From an uncultured Thermococci archaeon (lineage in GTDB: Archaea > Methanobacteriota_B > Thermococci > Methanofastidiosales > Methanofastidiosaceae), in the NCBI GenBank assembly GCA_964500005.1, contig CAZCMP010000002.1:128934-192933 (forward strand): DNA of 64,000 nucleotides. The letters are read 5' to 3'. The notes beneath the pieces are model-generated. The model searched no databases and was not told where the DNA came from. It saw only the letters and a list, made by a program, of their open reading frames with translations. Positions 29,190 to 38,524 of the stretch are shown here, one piece after another (within the stretch, counting starts at the first letter, position 1; each line of letters opens with the position of its first letter). The translations under genes were made by a program, and so were the position numbers.

Positions 29190-30173
29190 CTAACGGGTAT
29201 CCTTGATGGGTTTATCTAGCTTTATTTTATATGTCTTTCCTTTCTTTTCTCTGAATATAATTCCTTTTGATTCAAGATCCATTACTAGTCTTGTAATCTT
29301 TGGTCTAGAGAAATTTGTGGCTTGAGGTAGCTTATCTTGTCTATCTTCTCCATTCTTAAGGGCCTGGACAAGTTTTCTTTCATCTTCTGTTAAAACAAAC
29401 ACAGGTACAGAATTATCTTTCTTAAATCTAAAAATTAATAAAAATGCAATGGCTCCTATGACTAGTCCAGAAAACAAAGAAATTGCATCAATTTTAAGAT
29501 TAAGGCCTTCTTCTTCAAGATTTTTTATATCCGATATATTGATATCTTTACCAAGTCTTTCTACAACTATACCCCTTGAAGAAAGGTCTTTTACAACATT
29601 CTCAGATATCATCGGCCCTACAACATAGACTTTTTTAGCATTTATCTTCTCTAATGCCTCTTGGGTAGAAGATGGAAGCTCTGCCTCATTTGTTATGAGG
29701 ATTGGTATGCCTCTCTTCATTGCAAACTTTGAGGCTATAAGGTAGGACTCCTCAATATTTCCGTTAATTATCACAGACTCTCTAGAGGATTTCCACAAAT
29801 CTATGGCAACACGTGCAGCTGTGCCTGCTCTATCCCAATCCCATATTCTTGTTACCTCATATCCAATGCTAGATATATCGGCCTCAATACTTTCTGAAAT
29901 GGCATCGGTTGTTCCTCCTATAAGAAGGACCTTTCTTGCACCTTCGTCATAAAACCCCATCAGCTCCTTTTTTGATGATCCTGAAAGAGTCTTTGGGTCT
30001 GTCAACAGAATAGGTATCTTCTCCTTTTGGGAATATGCTTGGGCAACTGTATAGTCAATTAAAATATCGCCTCTAACGACTATTGCATCATAATTAGAAG
30101 TCTCTGCAAAGCTAGGGCCAAGTATAGACAAAAACAATAAGAAAAAAACTATAATTGCTCCCCATTTATCCAT
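29190..30173 (-). CDS. membrane-anchored putative one-component regulator: signal peptide, CWB2-like repeats, TM helix, C-terminal winged-helix
   Basis: N-terminal signal [23 protein letters not shown]. Three ~90-aa repeats with an ...PILLT... motif resembling cell-wall-binding-2 repeats. TM helix [19 protein letters not shown], then a wHTH-like tail (…[49 protein letters not shown]…). Confidence 0.45.
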   Translation of the reverse strand: MDKWGAIIVFFLLFLSILGPSFAETSNYDAIVVRGDILIDYTVAQAYSQKEKIPILLTDPKTLSGSSKKELMGFYDEGARKVLLIGGTTDAISESIEADISSIGYEVTRIWDWDRAGTAARVAIDLWKSSRESVIINGNIEESYLIASKFAMKRGIPILITNEAELPSSTQEALEKINAKKVYVVGPMISENVVKDLSSRGIVVERLGKDINISDIKNLEEEGLNLKIDAISLFSGLVIGAIAFLLIFRFKKDNSVPVFVLTEDERKLVQALKNGEDRQDKLPQATNFSRPKITRLVMDLESKGIIFREKKGKTYKIKLDKPIKDTR

Positions 30174-30209
30174 AAAAAATAACTGGTATTCCCGCTTAAA
30201 AGATTTCTG

Positions 30210-31109
30210 TTAATCTTTCCATATAAGAATCCCATCTTCTATTTCAAAGTCAGCCTTTCCAGTATTGTAGAGATAGTGAAGAAATGCTTTAGTTGTTATT
30301 GTGACATAAATATATTTTGTGAAGTCGTATTTTATGGAAAGCTTTTCTGCTATTTCCTTTTTCAATTGCTCTTCACTTTTTCCTTCTTTGATTAGACCCA
30401 AAATCATTTTTTCTAAAGAGTCAAGCTTTTTTCTATTCTCAGCTAATGCTATTTTGAAATTCTTAATTCCTCTAATTGGAAGTCCATGTGCGGGCAAACA
30501 ATACTCTACTTCATATTTAGAAAGAGTATCTAGGTCTCTAAATTGGGACTCAATATCTGTATAAAATGGCATTTTAAAAATGCTCAATGAAGGAACTGAA
30601 TAAAGGCAGTCACCGGAAAATAATACTCCTTTGCACAGTATCCCTATGCCAAGGGGGGAGTGTCCTGAAAGTGGCATAATCTCCATATCTTCACCATCTA
30701 TTGTTACATTGCCTTTATCAATTATTCCATCTACTTTGATTCCTTTGAATTCTAGTGGTGTGTCAGCTACCTTTAAAGGGGACGTTGATGAAAAATAAGA
30801 ATAAAATTCGAGATAGGGATTTTCAATAAATGCTTTTTCGATTGAAGAAGAATAGACCTTCAATTTGGGGAATGCTTCTTTTATTTTAACAATGCCATAA
30901 AAATGATCCCAATGCCCATGTGTTATTATTACAGAACTGGGGCGCAGATTTTCCTCTTCCAATAATTTGAGAATTTCATGCCCATCTTCTTTTGATCCAC
31001 CTGCATCTATTAGGATGCAAGAGTTATCGTGTCGTATAACACCAATATTTGTATCAAGAGAGATATAATTTATGTTGTCCTTTATATTAAGGAATACCAT
31101 AAAAATCAA
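30210..31109 (-). CDS. metallo-beta-lactamase-fold hydrolase
   Basis: HxHxDH motif (ITHGHWDHFYG) and downstream His/Asp ligands. Confidence 0.7.
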   Translation of the reverse strand: MIFMVFLNIKDNINYISLDTNIGVIRHDNSCILIDAGGSKEDGHEILKLLEEENLRPSSVIITHGHWDHFYGIVKIKEAFPKLKVYSSSIEKAFIENPYLEFYSYFSSTSPLKVADTPLEFKGIKVDGIIDKGNVTIDGEDMEIMPLSGHSPLGIGILCKGVLFSGDCLYSVPSLSIFKMPFYTDIESQFRDLDTLSKYEVEYCLPAHGLPIRGIKNFKIALAENRKKLDSLEKMILGLIKEGKSEEQLKKEIAEKLSIKYDFTKYIYVTITTKAFLHYLYNTGKADFEIEDGILIWKD

Positions 31110-32657
31110 CTAACATGGCTCTATTGTCTGTGGTGGCTTGTGACTTATGAAGTATGCAACTGAAACTACTTCGGGAATCTCATTTGTTATTCTTGTTGAT
31201 ATACTCTCAAGTAAATCCCAGGGGAGCTTCTTAAAGTTGGCCGTCATTGCGTCCTGAGATTCTACAATCCTAAGGCCAACTATCCTACCAAACTTTCTTT
31301 GATCGCCCACGACACCGACTACCTTATCTTCTAAAGTAACTGCAAATGCCTGCCATATATTTTCAATTGAGGCTTTTTCAAGTTCCTCTTCAACTATTGC
31401 TGAAGCTTCCCTACATATCTTAATATTCTCCTCTGTTACAGGCCCTGTTATTCTAACAGCAAGCCCAGGTCCTGGAAATGGGTATTGATCTATTATTTTA
31501 TCTGGAAGCCCTAGCTTTCTTCCAACTTCTCTGACTTCATCCTTATACAAATCCCTTAAAGGCTCAATAATCTCCTTGAAAGAAATCGACTCTGGTAGTC
31601 CTCCAACGTTGTGATGAGATTTTATTGTATCGGCATGCTGGGATCTGCCACTTTCAATTACATCTGGGTATATAGTTCCTTGAACAAGAAACTCTGCCCC
31701 TATCTTTTTTGCCTCTTCCTCGAATATTCTGATAAACTCCTCGCCGATTACCATTCTTTTTTTCTCCGGGTCTAAAACAGAATCTAACTTTTCAAAAAAT
31801 CTTTGCTTCGCATCAATCTTCTTGAAGTTTATATCATGTCCTAAAAAAGCCTTTGAAACTAGCTCTGCCTCACCTTTTCTCAATAATCCGTGGTCGACAA
31901 AAACTGCAAATAATCTATTTCCAATAGCTTTTTCAGTTATTGCAGCTGCAACAGAGGAGTCTACACCTCCACTCAGAGCAATTACTGCCTTTCCATTTCC
32001 TATCTTATGTTTAATCTTTTTTATATTCTCATCAATAAAATCAGATAAATCCCATGTACCCTGACAATTACAAACGTTGTAGACAAAATTAGAAAGTATT
32101 TTCTTACCATTTTTAGTGTGAACTACTTCAGGATGCCACTGAAGGCCATATATTTTTTTAGAATTATCTCTAAATGCCGCTATTGGAGAGGTATCAGTTT
32201 TAGAGGTCACAACAAAACTTGGAGGCATATTGAAAACTTGGTCCCCATGACTCATCCATACTGTTTCTTTTTTCTCTAAATCTTTGAATATGCCCTCCGA
32301 TTCAAGTATATCAACAGTTGCTATACCATATTCCTTTCTTTTCTCCCCTTTAACATTTCCGCCCATCTTAAATGCAATAAGTTGGTGTCCATAACAAATT
32401 CCTAAAATAGGGATGCCTTTTTTAATAATATAATTGAATACATCATCACCTAGAAGAGGTGCATCTTTTTCATAAACGCTCCTTGGGCCCCCAGACAGTA
32501 TTATGCCTTTTGGGGATATTTTTTCAATCTCGGAAACTTTAATCTCTGGAAAAACTATCTCAGAATATACCTTAAGTTCTCTAACTCTTCTTGCTATTAG
32601 GTGGGCATATTGACTTCCAAAATCAACAACAAGTATAACCTCTTCCTCTATACTCAT
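31110..32657 (-). CDS. guaA: GMP synthase (glutamine-hydrolysing), fused GATase + ATP-pyrophosphatase
   Basis: GATase class I GICYGHQL, PP-loop SGGVDSSV. The likely start is the ATG giving MSIEEEVILVVDFGSQYAHLIARRVREL; the track starts 18 nt upstream at TTG. Confidence 0.85.
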   Translation of the reverse strand: MSIEEEVILVVDFGSQYAHLIARRVRELKVYSEIVFPEIKVSEIEKISPKGIILSGGPRSVYEKDAPLLGDDVFNYIIKKGIPILGICYGHQLIAFKMGGNVKGEKRKEYGIATVDILESEGIFKDLEKKETVWMSHGDQVFNMPPSFVVTSKTDTSPIAAFRDNSKKIYGLQWHPEVVHTKNGKKILSNFVYNVCNCQGTWDLSDFIDENIKKIKHKIGNGKAVIALSGGVDSSVAAAITEKAIGNRLFAVFVDHGLLRKGEAELVSKAFLGHDINFKKIDAKQRFFEKLDSVLDPEKKRMVIGEEFIRIFEEEAKKIGAEFLVQGTIYPDVIESGRSQHADTIKSHHNVGGLPESISFKEIIEPLRDLYKDEVREVGRKLGLPDKIIDQYPFPGPGLAVRITGPVTEENIKICREASAIVEEELEKASIENIWQAFAVTLEDKVVGVVGDQRKFGRIVGLRIVESQDAMTANFKKLPWDLLESISTRITNEIPEVVSVAYFISHKPPQTIEPC

Positions 32658-32757
32658 AATGAAAAATCTAAACAATAAGATATAAAATTAACTAATAAGA
32701 ATTAGAAGATACGAAATATACTAAATCTTTTTAAGAGGATATAATTCCCTAAAAATC

Positions 32758-33012
32758 GTGGAAATAATAACTGTTTTGGGTCTTTTAGCCGGAGCGCTTA
32801 CAACGATATCATTTGTACCCCAGGTAATGAAAACATGGAAGTTTAAAGAAACTAAAGATATCTCTCTTTTAATGTACATAATATTTTTCACAGGGATATT
32901 ACTATGGTTTTCTTATGGAATCATAATAAAAAATACGCCCATTATCATTGCAAATGGAGCATCTTTGGTATTGGTATTTATCGTATTGACTCTTAAAATT
33001 CGCTACGATTGA
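32758..33012 (+). CDS. SemiSWEET / PQ-loop small sugar-transporter-like membrane protein
   Basis: 84 aa, three predicted TM helices, and a PQ motif in TM1 (ISFVPQVMKTWKFK). Confidence 0.5.
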   Translation: MEIITVLGLLAGALTTISFVPQVMKTWKFKETKDISLLMYIIFFTGILLWFSYGIIIKNTPIIIANGASLVLVFIVLTLKIRYD

Positions 33013-33031
33013 TATCTTGATTAATTTGTAT

Positions 33032-33499
33032 TTACTTTTTGCCAAGATCTTCTGCAACTTCAAAACATTTTTTAGCTTCTAAATGCTGGCCCAATTTATC
33101 AAGTGCTATAGCTTTTTGGTGCCACGCATTCTTAAAATTTGGATTTATACCAATAGATTTTTCATAGCATTTAATCGCATCTTTATAAAACGCCTCTGAT
33201 AAAACAGGGGATAGTTGGCAATTGACGCAATATGTTACGCCCTCTGAATTTTTACCCTGACTTAGGAGGACATTTCCTTTGCCGTACCATGCCAATGCAT
33301 TTTTTTTATCTAATTTTATTGCTTTTTCATAGCATTCAAATGCATCCGGATATTTTTGTTGGTTAAGGAACTTATCCCCCTCTCGAATTAAGTCAAATAT
33401 TTTTTTTAGGTCATACCCACATTTTCCACATCTACCAATATTGAGATCCACTGTATTAGAACATTTTGGGCATTTGTTTTCCATATTAATCTGATACAT
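33032..33499 (-). CDS. TPR-repeat protein with N-terminal Zn-ribbon
   Basis: CPKCSN…CGKCGY at the N-terminus, then TPR-like AWYGKGNVLLSQGK and AWHQKAIALDKLGQ repeats. Confidence 0.6.
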   Translation of the reverse strand: MYQINMENKCPKCSNTVDLNIGRCGKCGYDLKKIFDLIREGDKFLNQQKYPDAFECYEKAIKLDKKNALAWYGKGNVLLSQGKNSEGVTYCVNCQLSPVLSEAFYKDAIKCYEKSIGINPNFKNAWHQKAIALDKLGQHLEAKKCFEVAEDLGKK

Positions 33500-33928
33500 T
33501 TACTCCATTTCTTCCTTTAATAATTCCAATCTATTGAGCATTTCTAATAGAAGCCCACTTTCAATTACATCTGCAAAGAATCCTTCGTTATATTTGTCAT
33601 GTCTAACAATCATTGTGAAAAGTCTTCTCAAAGTAACGAGATCTGCATCTTCCAATAGCTCAAAGTAATGGGACAAATTTTCAAATTCTTTATCAGAATC
33701 AAGCCAGTTAAAGTTTGTAACAAACCCCTGTTCGTGCAACTCCCGATAAAACTCTGTAAATTTTGCTGAATATTTGACATAGATATATTCAACTATATTT
33801 CCAGCATCTCTTTTAGGGGGAATTATCTCAAAAAAGTTCTGAGATTTATCCTCAAAATAGGGCAGATAGTTTAAGATTACTTCAATATTTTTATTTGTCA
33901 GAGGGACAGATTCAGATACAATAGGCAT
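33500..33928 (-). CDS. hypothetical protein (142 aa), adjacent to (and likely co-transcribed with) the TPR gene
   Basis: ORF only; its stop abuts the downstream TPR gene start. Confidence 0.35.
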   Translation of the reverse strand: MPIVSESVPLTNKNIEVILNYLPYFEDKSQNFFEIIPPKRDAGNIVEYIYVKYSAKFTEFYRELHEQGFVTNFNWLDSDKEFENLSHYFELLEDADLVTLRRLFTMIVRHDKYNEGFFADVIESGLLLEMLNRLELLKEEME

Positions 33929-33997
33929 ACCATCACCTTTAGTTACAATAGAATTTGGTATATTTAAAAATATGCAATTTAATTCTAAAATTCATTT

Positions 33998-34318
33998 TTA
34001 TTTACATTTATTGCAAATGCCAAAGAAATTCGTATTTGTAGACTCAATTTTAAATTCTTTCATGTTTTTGATTAATTCTAAAGAAAATTCAGTTAGTTCT
34101 TTTGATTCGAAGTCTATTATAGAGCCACAGCTTTTACATATAATATGGTGATGCGGAGTTATATTCGGCTCAAATCTTGAAACACCTTTGATATTGACTT
34201 CTTGAATTAAACCTTTATTAGAAAGAAACTTAAGATTTTGGTAGACTGTAGCCTTACTTATCCTTGTTAGTTTCTTTTTTACACCTTCATAAACATCTTC
34301 TACAGTAGGATGTGACAA
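33998..34318 (-). CDS. Fur-family metal-dependent transcriptional regulator (N-terminus probably extends upstream)
   Basis: …ISKATVYQNLKFLSNKGLI… (HTH), HHHIICKSCG and C-terminal CNKC metal-site motifs. The called start is TTG; the same frame stays open and Fur-like (…ESIKYTNQRVEILNFLQGNL…) up to 34411 with no ATG/GTG. Confidence 0.65.
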   Translation of the reverse strand: MSHPTVEDVYEGVKKKLTRISKATVYQNLKFLSNKGLIQEVNIKGVSRFEPNITPHHHIICKSCGSIIDFESKELTEFSLELIKNMKEFKIESTNTNFFGICNKCK

Positions 34319-34703
34319 ATTGCCTTGAAGAAAATTTAGGATTTCGACTCGTTGATTAGTATATTTTATACTCTCAGCTCCTTCATAATTATATATAGTA
34401 TCAACTGATATTTAATATTAATTATAACTAAATAAAGAATAAATGAAGGTATTATGTAGATTTAAAAATGAATAAATCAGATTACGAATAATCTAAATAG
34501 AAAAATATAATGGGATACAAAACGGCATTATTGGATGTCAAAAATAAATAGATATGAGAATCCATTTTTGTAGCTATTATCCAATGAAATGAAATTCTAA
34601 TAGGGGTGACTATTTTCATTTAAGAATAATGGTATCCAATAACTTTATATAGTATAATTGATTTATAGGTGATGGTAGTTATCAAATAATGGAGTGTGAA
34701 TTC

Positions 34704-34787
34704 ATGGCAGAAAAAAAGAAAGTAGAAAAGAAGGTAGGAAAGAAACCACAAGCAAAAGGTAAAAAGCCAGCTGCTAAGAAAAAATAA
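34704..34787 (+). CDS. small highly basic peptide (27 aa, 14 Lys), not in the ORF track
   Basis: Hand translation: MAEKKKVEKKVGKKPQAKGKKPAAKKK. GGAG 9 nt upstream and a T-run (T10) ~25 nt after the stop. Confidence 0.3.
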   Translation: MAEKKKVEKKVGKKPQAKGKKPAAKKK

Positions 34788-34856
34788 AGACTCAAATCCT
34801 TCTACCTAAATAATTTTTTTTTTCTTAAAAGTTTTTAGAACACTTATTAAAAACAA

Positions 34857-34931
34857 AGCCCCGAGGGGGATTTGAACCCCCGACTTGCTGATTACAAGTC
34901 AGCCGCTCTAGCCAGGCTGAGCCACCGAGGC
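34857..34931 (-). tRNA. tRNA-Thr (anticodon UGU)
   Basis: Minus-strand read GCCTCGGTGGCTCAGCCTGGCTAGAGCGGCTGACTTGTAATCAGCAAGTCGGGGGTTCAAATCCCCCTCGGGGCT folds into a cloverleaf: 7-bp acceptor stem, D-arm GCTC/GAGC, anticodon stem GCTGA/TCAGC with loop CTTGTAA, T-arm GGGGG-TTCAAAT-CCCCC. No encoded CCA. Confidence 0.85.
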
Positions 34932-34964
34932 ACAATTCTTAAAGAACTATAACAATTTATAAAT

Positions 34965-35951
34965 TTAATCCTCCCAAGGTTCCTTCTCGAATAATCCCAA
35001 TCCATAAGTTTCCTTCAATACTAAAATAGCTGCTTGTGGAGCTATCAAACCTTTTTCAGTTATTATCAAATCAATGAACTCGGGTGGAGTAACATCAAAT
35101 GCAGGATTATTTACTTTAAGCCCTTTAAGTTTTTTATAATCCTCTTTTGAAATGACTTCAAAGATGTCCCTCTCTTCAATTTCTATTAATTCGCCGGAGT
35201 AAGTATGGGGATTGAATTTGTAAGTTTCTGCTGCAACGATTACCTTTACCCTTGCTTCGTTTGCAATTGCGGCAAGTGTGGCTGTACCCACCTTGTTGAC
35301 AACTGCCCCGTTTGCAGTTACCGCATCTGCCCCAATTATAACATGATCTGCCTCTCTTATAAATATCCTAGCGGCGGAATCTACAATTAAAGTAACATCT
35401 ATCCCTTCGTCCAAAAGCTCCTTTGCCGTGAGGAGTCCCTGGAGTCTTGGTCTTGTTTCATCTGCATAAACTTTAATCTTTTTTCCATCCTTGTGTGCCT
35501 TCTTAATAATTCCAAGTGCCATGGAGCTATTACAATGGGTAAAGATTACATCCCCATCTCTTATGCGCTTTGCCCCTATTTCGGCTATCCTCTCAAGCGC
35601 GAGCTTTGAATTCTCACAAAAATCGTCGGAGGCCTTTGAAACAATTTGTTTTAGGGATGCAACACTATCCCCTTTTGTATATCCCTTCCCAAGCTCAACT
35701 AATACATACCTAAGCGCATTTTCAAGTGAAACTGCAGTTGGTCTTGTAGCAAGAAGAAATCTGGATGTTTTCTTAATATCTTTTAAAAAATCTTTAGGAT
35801 CATTTCCTTTATAGCTTTCAGCCTCTATCTTTAGGGCTTCTGCAACAGTTCTTCCTATTTTTGCGGCTCCTCTTATCTTCATTCCTTTTATGTCATTTGC
35901 TATATCAATAACTTTTTTATCCATCCAATCGGCTCCTATATAACTTTTCAA
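34965..35951 (-). CDS. eIF-2B alpha/beta/delta-family isomerase; probably ribose-1,5-bisphosphate isomerase (alternatively MtnA)
   Basis: 328 aa with e2b2-family features (…GAAKIGRTVAEAL…, …THCNSSMALG…, …GADAVTANGAVVNKVGT…). A form III RuBisCO is present in the window. Confidence 0.6.
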   Translation of the reverse strand: MKSYIGADWMDKKVIDIANDIKGMKIRGAAKIGRTVAEALKIEAESYKGNDPKDFLKDIKKTSRFLLATRPTAVSLENALRYVLVELGKGYTKGDSVASLKQIVSKASDDFCENSKLALERIAEIGAKRIRDGDVIFTHCNSSMALGIIKKAHKDGKKIKVYADETRPRLQGLLTAKELLDEGIDVTLIVDSAARIFIREADHVIIGADAVTANGAVVNKVGTATLAAIANEARVKVIVAAETYKFNPHTYSGELIEIEERDIFEVISKEDYKKLKGLKVNNPAFDVTPPEFIDLIITEKGLIAPQAAILVLKETYGLGLFEKEPWED

Positions 35952-36840
35952 TGTCTTCTTTTTTAACTTTTAAGATGGCGCCATAATTTTGGATGCAAAA
36001 ACTTGCGGCCGCATTTGCATACCTTAATGAACTTCTGATATCAGAAGTCCTAATATAATTACTGATGAAAGCTGCAGAAAAAGTATCCCCCGCACCCGTG
36101 GGGTCAATGACCTTAGATGTAAATGCCTTTTCATGAATATAGGTTTTACCAAAATAATAAGCTCCGTTTTTATCTGCTTTTACTATGACATTTTTGGCCC
36201 TTCTCTTTTTTAGATACTTTCCCCCTTCCTCGATGTCATTTGATCCTATCAAAGCAGAAAGCTCATGTCTATTGATAAAAAGGAAATCTACATTCTTTAT
36301 AATTTTTAAAATTTCTTCAGAGTGGGAGTAACAGAGCTGCTCTCCTGGATCAAAACTCACAATATTACTATTCTCTTTTGCTATATTTATTGCATGTTCA
36401 GCGATTTCAATTTTTGTTGGTGAAATATGGACAAACCTATACTCCTTGAATACCTGGTAGTTTATCATATTTTTTTCAAATTTATCATTGGCGCCTTTAT
36501 AGAAGAGAAACATCCTGTCATTTCCTTTGTTAATGATAAACATCCTACCTGAAGGTGAATTTTGAAGAACAAGGTTTGAATAATCAACATTATAATTTTT
36601 CAAGGTCCCTATTATGGCATCGCTATCAGTTCCTACGGCTGCCAAAATCCCAGAATTTAGCCCAAGTATAGAACTATTGACGGAAACGTTGAAAGCTGAC
36701 CCGCCATATCTGATTTCAAGGCCTTCTATTTTTGACTCGCCATTGGGTACTGGAAAAGACTCAACTCCCATAATCGTATCTATATTGACATTTCCAATAC
36801 ACAATAAGTCTTTCAGCTTAGCCACCCTCCCTAAATTCAA
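35917..36840 (-). CDS. PfkB/ribokinase-family carbohydrate kinase (candidate ribose-1-phosphate/nucleoside kinase)
   Basis: PfkB signature DPTGAGDTFSAAFI and N-terminal GG sugar-binding motif. Its 3' end overlaps the e2b2 gene by 35 nt. Confidence 0.75.
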   Translation of the reverse strand: MNLGRVAKLKDLLCIGNVNIDTIMGVESFPVPNGESKIEGLEIRYGGSAFNVSVNSSILGLNSGILAAVGTDSDAIIGTLKNYNVDYSNLVLQNSPSGRMFIINKGNDRMFLFYKGANDKFEKNMINYQVFKEYRFVHISPTKIEIAEHAINIAKENSNIVSFDPGEQLCYSHSEEILKIIKNVDFLFINRHELSALIGSNDIEEGGKYLKKRRAKNVIVKADKNGAYYFGKTYIHEKAFTSKVIDPTGAGDTFSAAFISNYIRTSDIRSSLRYANAAASFCIQNYGAILKVKKEDIEKLYRSRLDG

Positions 36841-36881
36841 TTGATGTAAAGTTTATAAAGATTGTTAGGAACTCATTTATA

Positions 36882-37706
36882 ATGATTGAGATAAAAGAGC
36901 TTCATTTCAAATACCATTCCCAAACTGAAGAAGTTCTGAAAGGGGTAAATCTTGATATAAAAAAGGGGGAGTTTGTCTCAATCATAGGGCCATCTGGTTG
37001 CGGTAAATCAACGCTATGCCTTACCCTAAACGGAATTATACCAAAGACAATAAGCGGGGATTTTTCCGGAGATGTCATTATTGATGGCATTAACACAAAG
37101 GATCGGGAGGTCAGCGAATTTTCAAAGAAAATTGGCATGATACTCCAAAATCCGGAATCTCAGCTTTTTGCAATGACTGTTGAAGAGGAGTTAGCCTTCG
37201 GCCCAGAAAATCTTGCCATTTCAAGAGAAGAAATTGAAGAGAGGATATCTTGGGCACTTTCCATAGTCAATATGGAGGATAAACTAAATGAATTCCCTGG
37301 AAACCTTTCTGGGGGGCAAAAACAAAGGGTGGCAATAGCTGCTTCCCTAACAATGAAGCCTGATATACTTGTCTTGGATGAGCCTACAAGTCAGCTTGAC
37401 CCAGTTGGAAAAAGAGAAGTATTTTCTGTTTTAAAAGAACTCCATGAAAAAGAGAAAATGACAATCGTACTAGTTGAGCATAGGACTGAACCTATTGCAG
37501 AGTTATCTGATAGAGTAGTTGTAATGGATAATGGATCAATAGTCTTGGAAGGTACTCCAAGACATGTATTTGAAAAGGTTCCTATGTTAAGAGATCTCGG
37601 GATAATGGTTCCTGACATCAGTTACCTTACCTACCTTCTAAAAGAGGGGGGATATGTAAAAGACATAGCGCTAACAGTTGAAGAAGGGAGGAGGCTCTTC
37701 ATATGA
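36882..37706 (+). CDS. ECF-type ABC transporter ATPase (EcfA/CbiO-like)
   Basis: Walker A GPSGCGKST, signature LSGGQKQRVAIA, Walker B ILVLDEP. Confidence 0.8.
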   Translation: MIEIKELHFKYHSQTEEVLKGVNLDIKKGEFVSIIGPSGCGKSTLCLTLNGIIPKTISGDFSGDVIIDGINTKDREVSEFSKKIGMILQNPESQLFAMTVEEELAFGPENLAISREEIEERISWALSIVNMEDKLNEFPGNLSGGQKQRVAIAASLTMKPDILVLDEPTSQLDPVGKREVFSVLKELHEKEKMTIVLVEHRTEPIAELSDRVVVMDNGSIVLEGTPRHVFEKVPMLRDLGIMVPDISYLTYLLKEGGYVKDIALTVEEGRRLFI

Positions 37707-38506
37707 AAGCAATTGAAGTAAAAGATATTCATTTTAGTTATCCTGAATCCGAAGAAATACTAAAAGGTGTAACACTGTCTGTAAAGAAAGGTGAATTTCT
37801 TTCTCTAGTTGGTCAGAACGGCAGTGGTAAAACGACTTTGGCAAAACATTTCAATGGACTATTGAGGCCAAATAAGGGTAAAGTCTTTATCTTAGAAGAG
37901 GATACTGCCAAATTTTCAATAGCAGAGCTTTCAAGAAAGGTAGGGCATCTTTTTCAAAATCCGGAAAATCAAATCTTTGAAGAAACTGTTTTTGCTGAAA
38001 TAGCTTTTGGCCCAAGGAATCTCAATATCCCAGAAGAGGAAATACAAGATAGAGTTGATAAAGTCTTAAAGACAACTAGGCTTTCAAAATATAGGGATTC
38101 TCATCCTTTATCCCTTTCTGGTGGAGAAAAACAGAGATTAGCCTTGGCATCTGTTGCGGTAATGGAGCCCCAAATTCTTGTTTTGGATGAACCCACTACG
38201 GGCCTTGATCTGTTATCGATTAATGGAATTTTGGAGATAGTAAAAGAGCTACACAAGAAAAATGTAACAGTTGTATTGATAACTCACGATATGGGGCTTG
38301 TTTCAGAGTTATCCGAAAGGGTAGTTGTTATGGGCGAAGGCAAAATTATTGGTGACGGAACGCCAAATGAGATATTTGCAGACGATGATCTGTTAAATAG
38401 AGCAAGTCTTGAACCTCCTCAGATAATGAAGTTTTCAAAAATACTTGGATTAAAGCCTGAAGTTAAAGTGGATAATCTGTACAATAGGATTATTGAGACG
38501 CTCTAA
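37703..38506 (+). CDS. ECF-type ABC transporter ATPase, second copy (EcfA'-like)
   Basis: Walker A GQNGSGKTT, signature LSGGEKQRLALA. It overlaps the first ATPase by 4 nt. Confidence 0.8.
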   Translation: MKAIEVKDIHFSYPESEEILKGVTLSVKKGEFLSLVGQNGSGKTTLAKHFNGLLRPNKGKVFILEEDTAKFSIAELSRKVGHLFQNPENQIFEETVFAEIAFGPRNLNIPEEEIQDRVDKVLKTTRLSKYRDSHPLSLSGGEKQRLALASVAVMEPQILVLDEPTTGLDLLSINGILEIVKELHKKNVTVVLITHDMGLVSELSERVVVMGEGKIIGDGTPNEIFADDDLLNRASLEPPQIMKFSKILGLKPEVKVDNLYNRIIETL

Positions 38507-38524
38507 AATAAAAGTTCTTATGCC

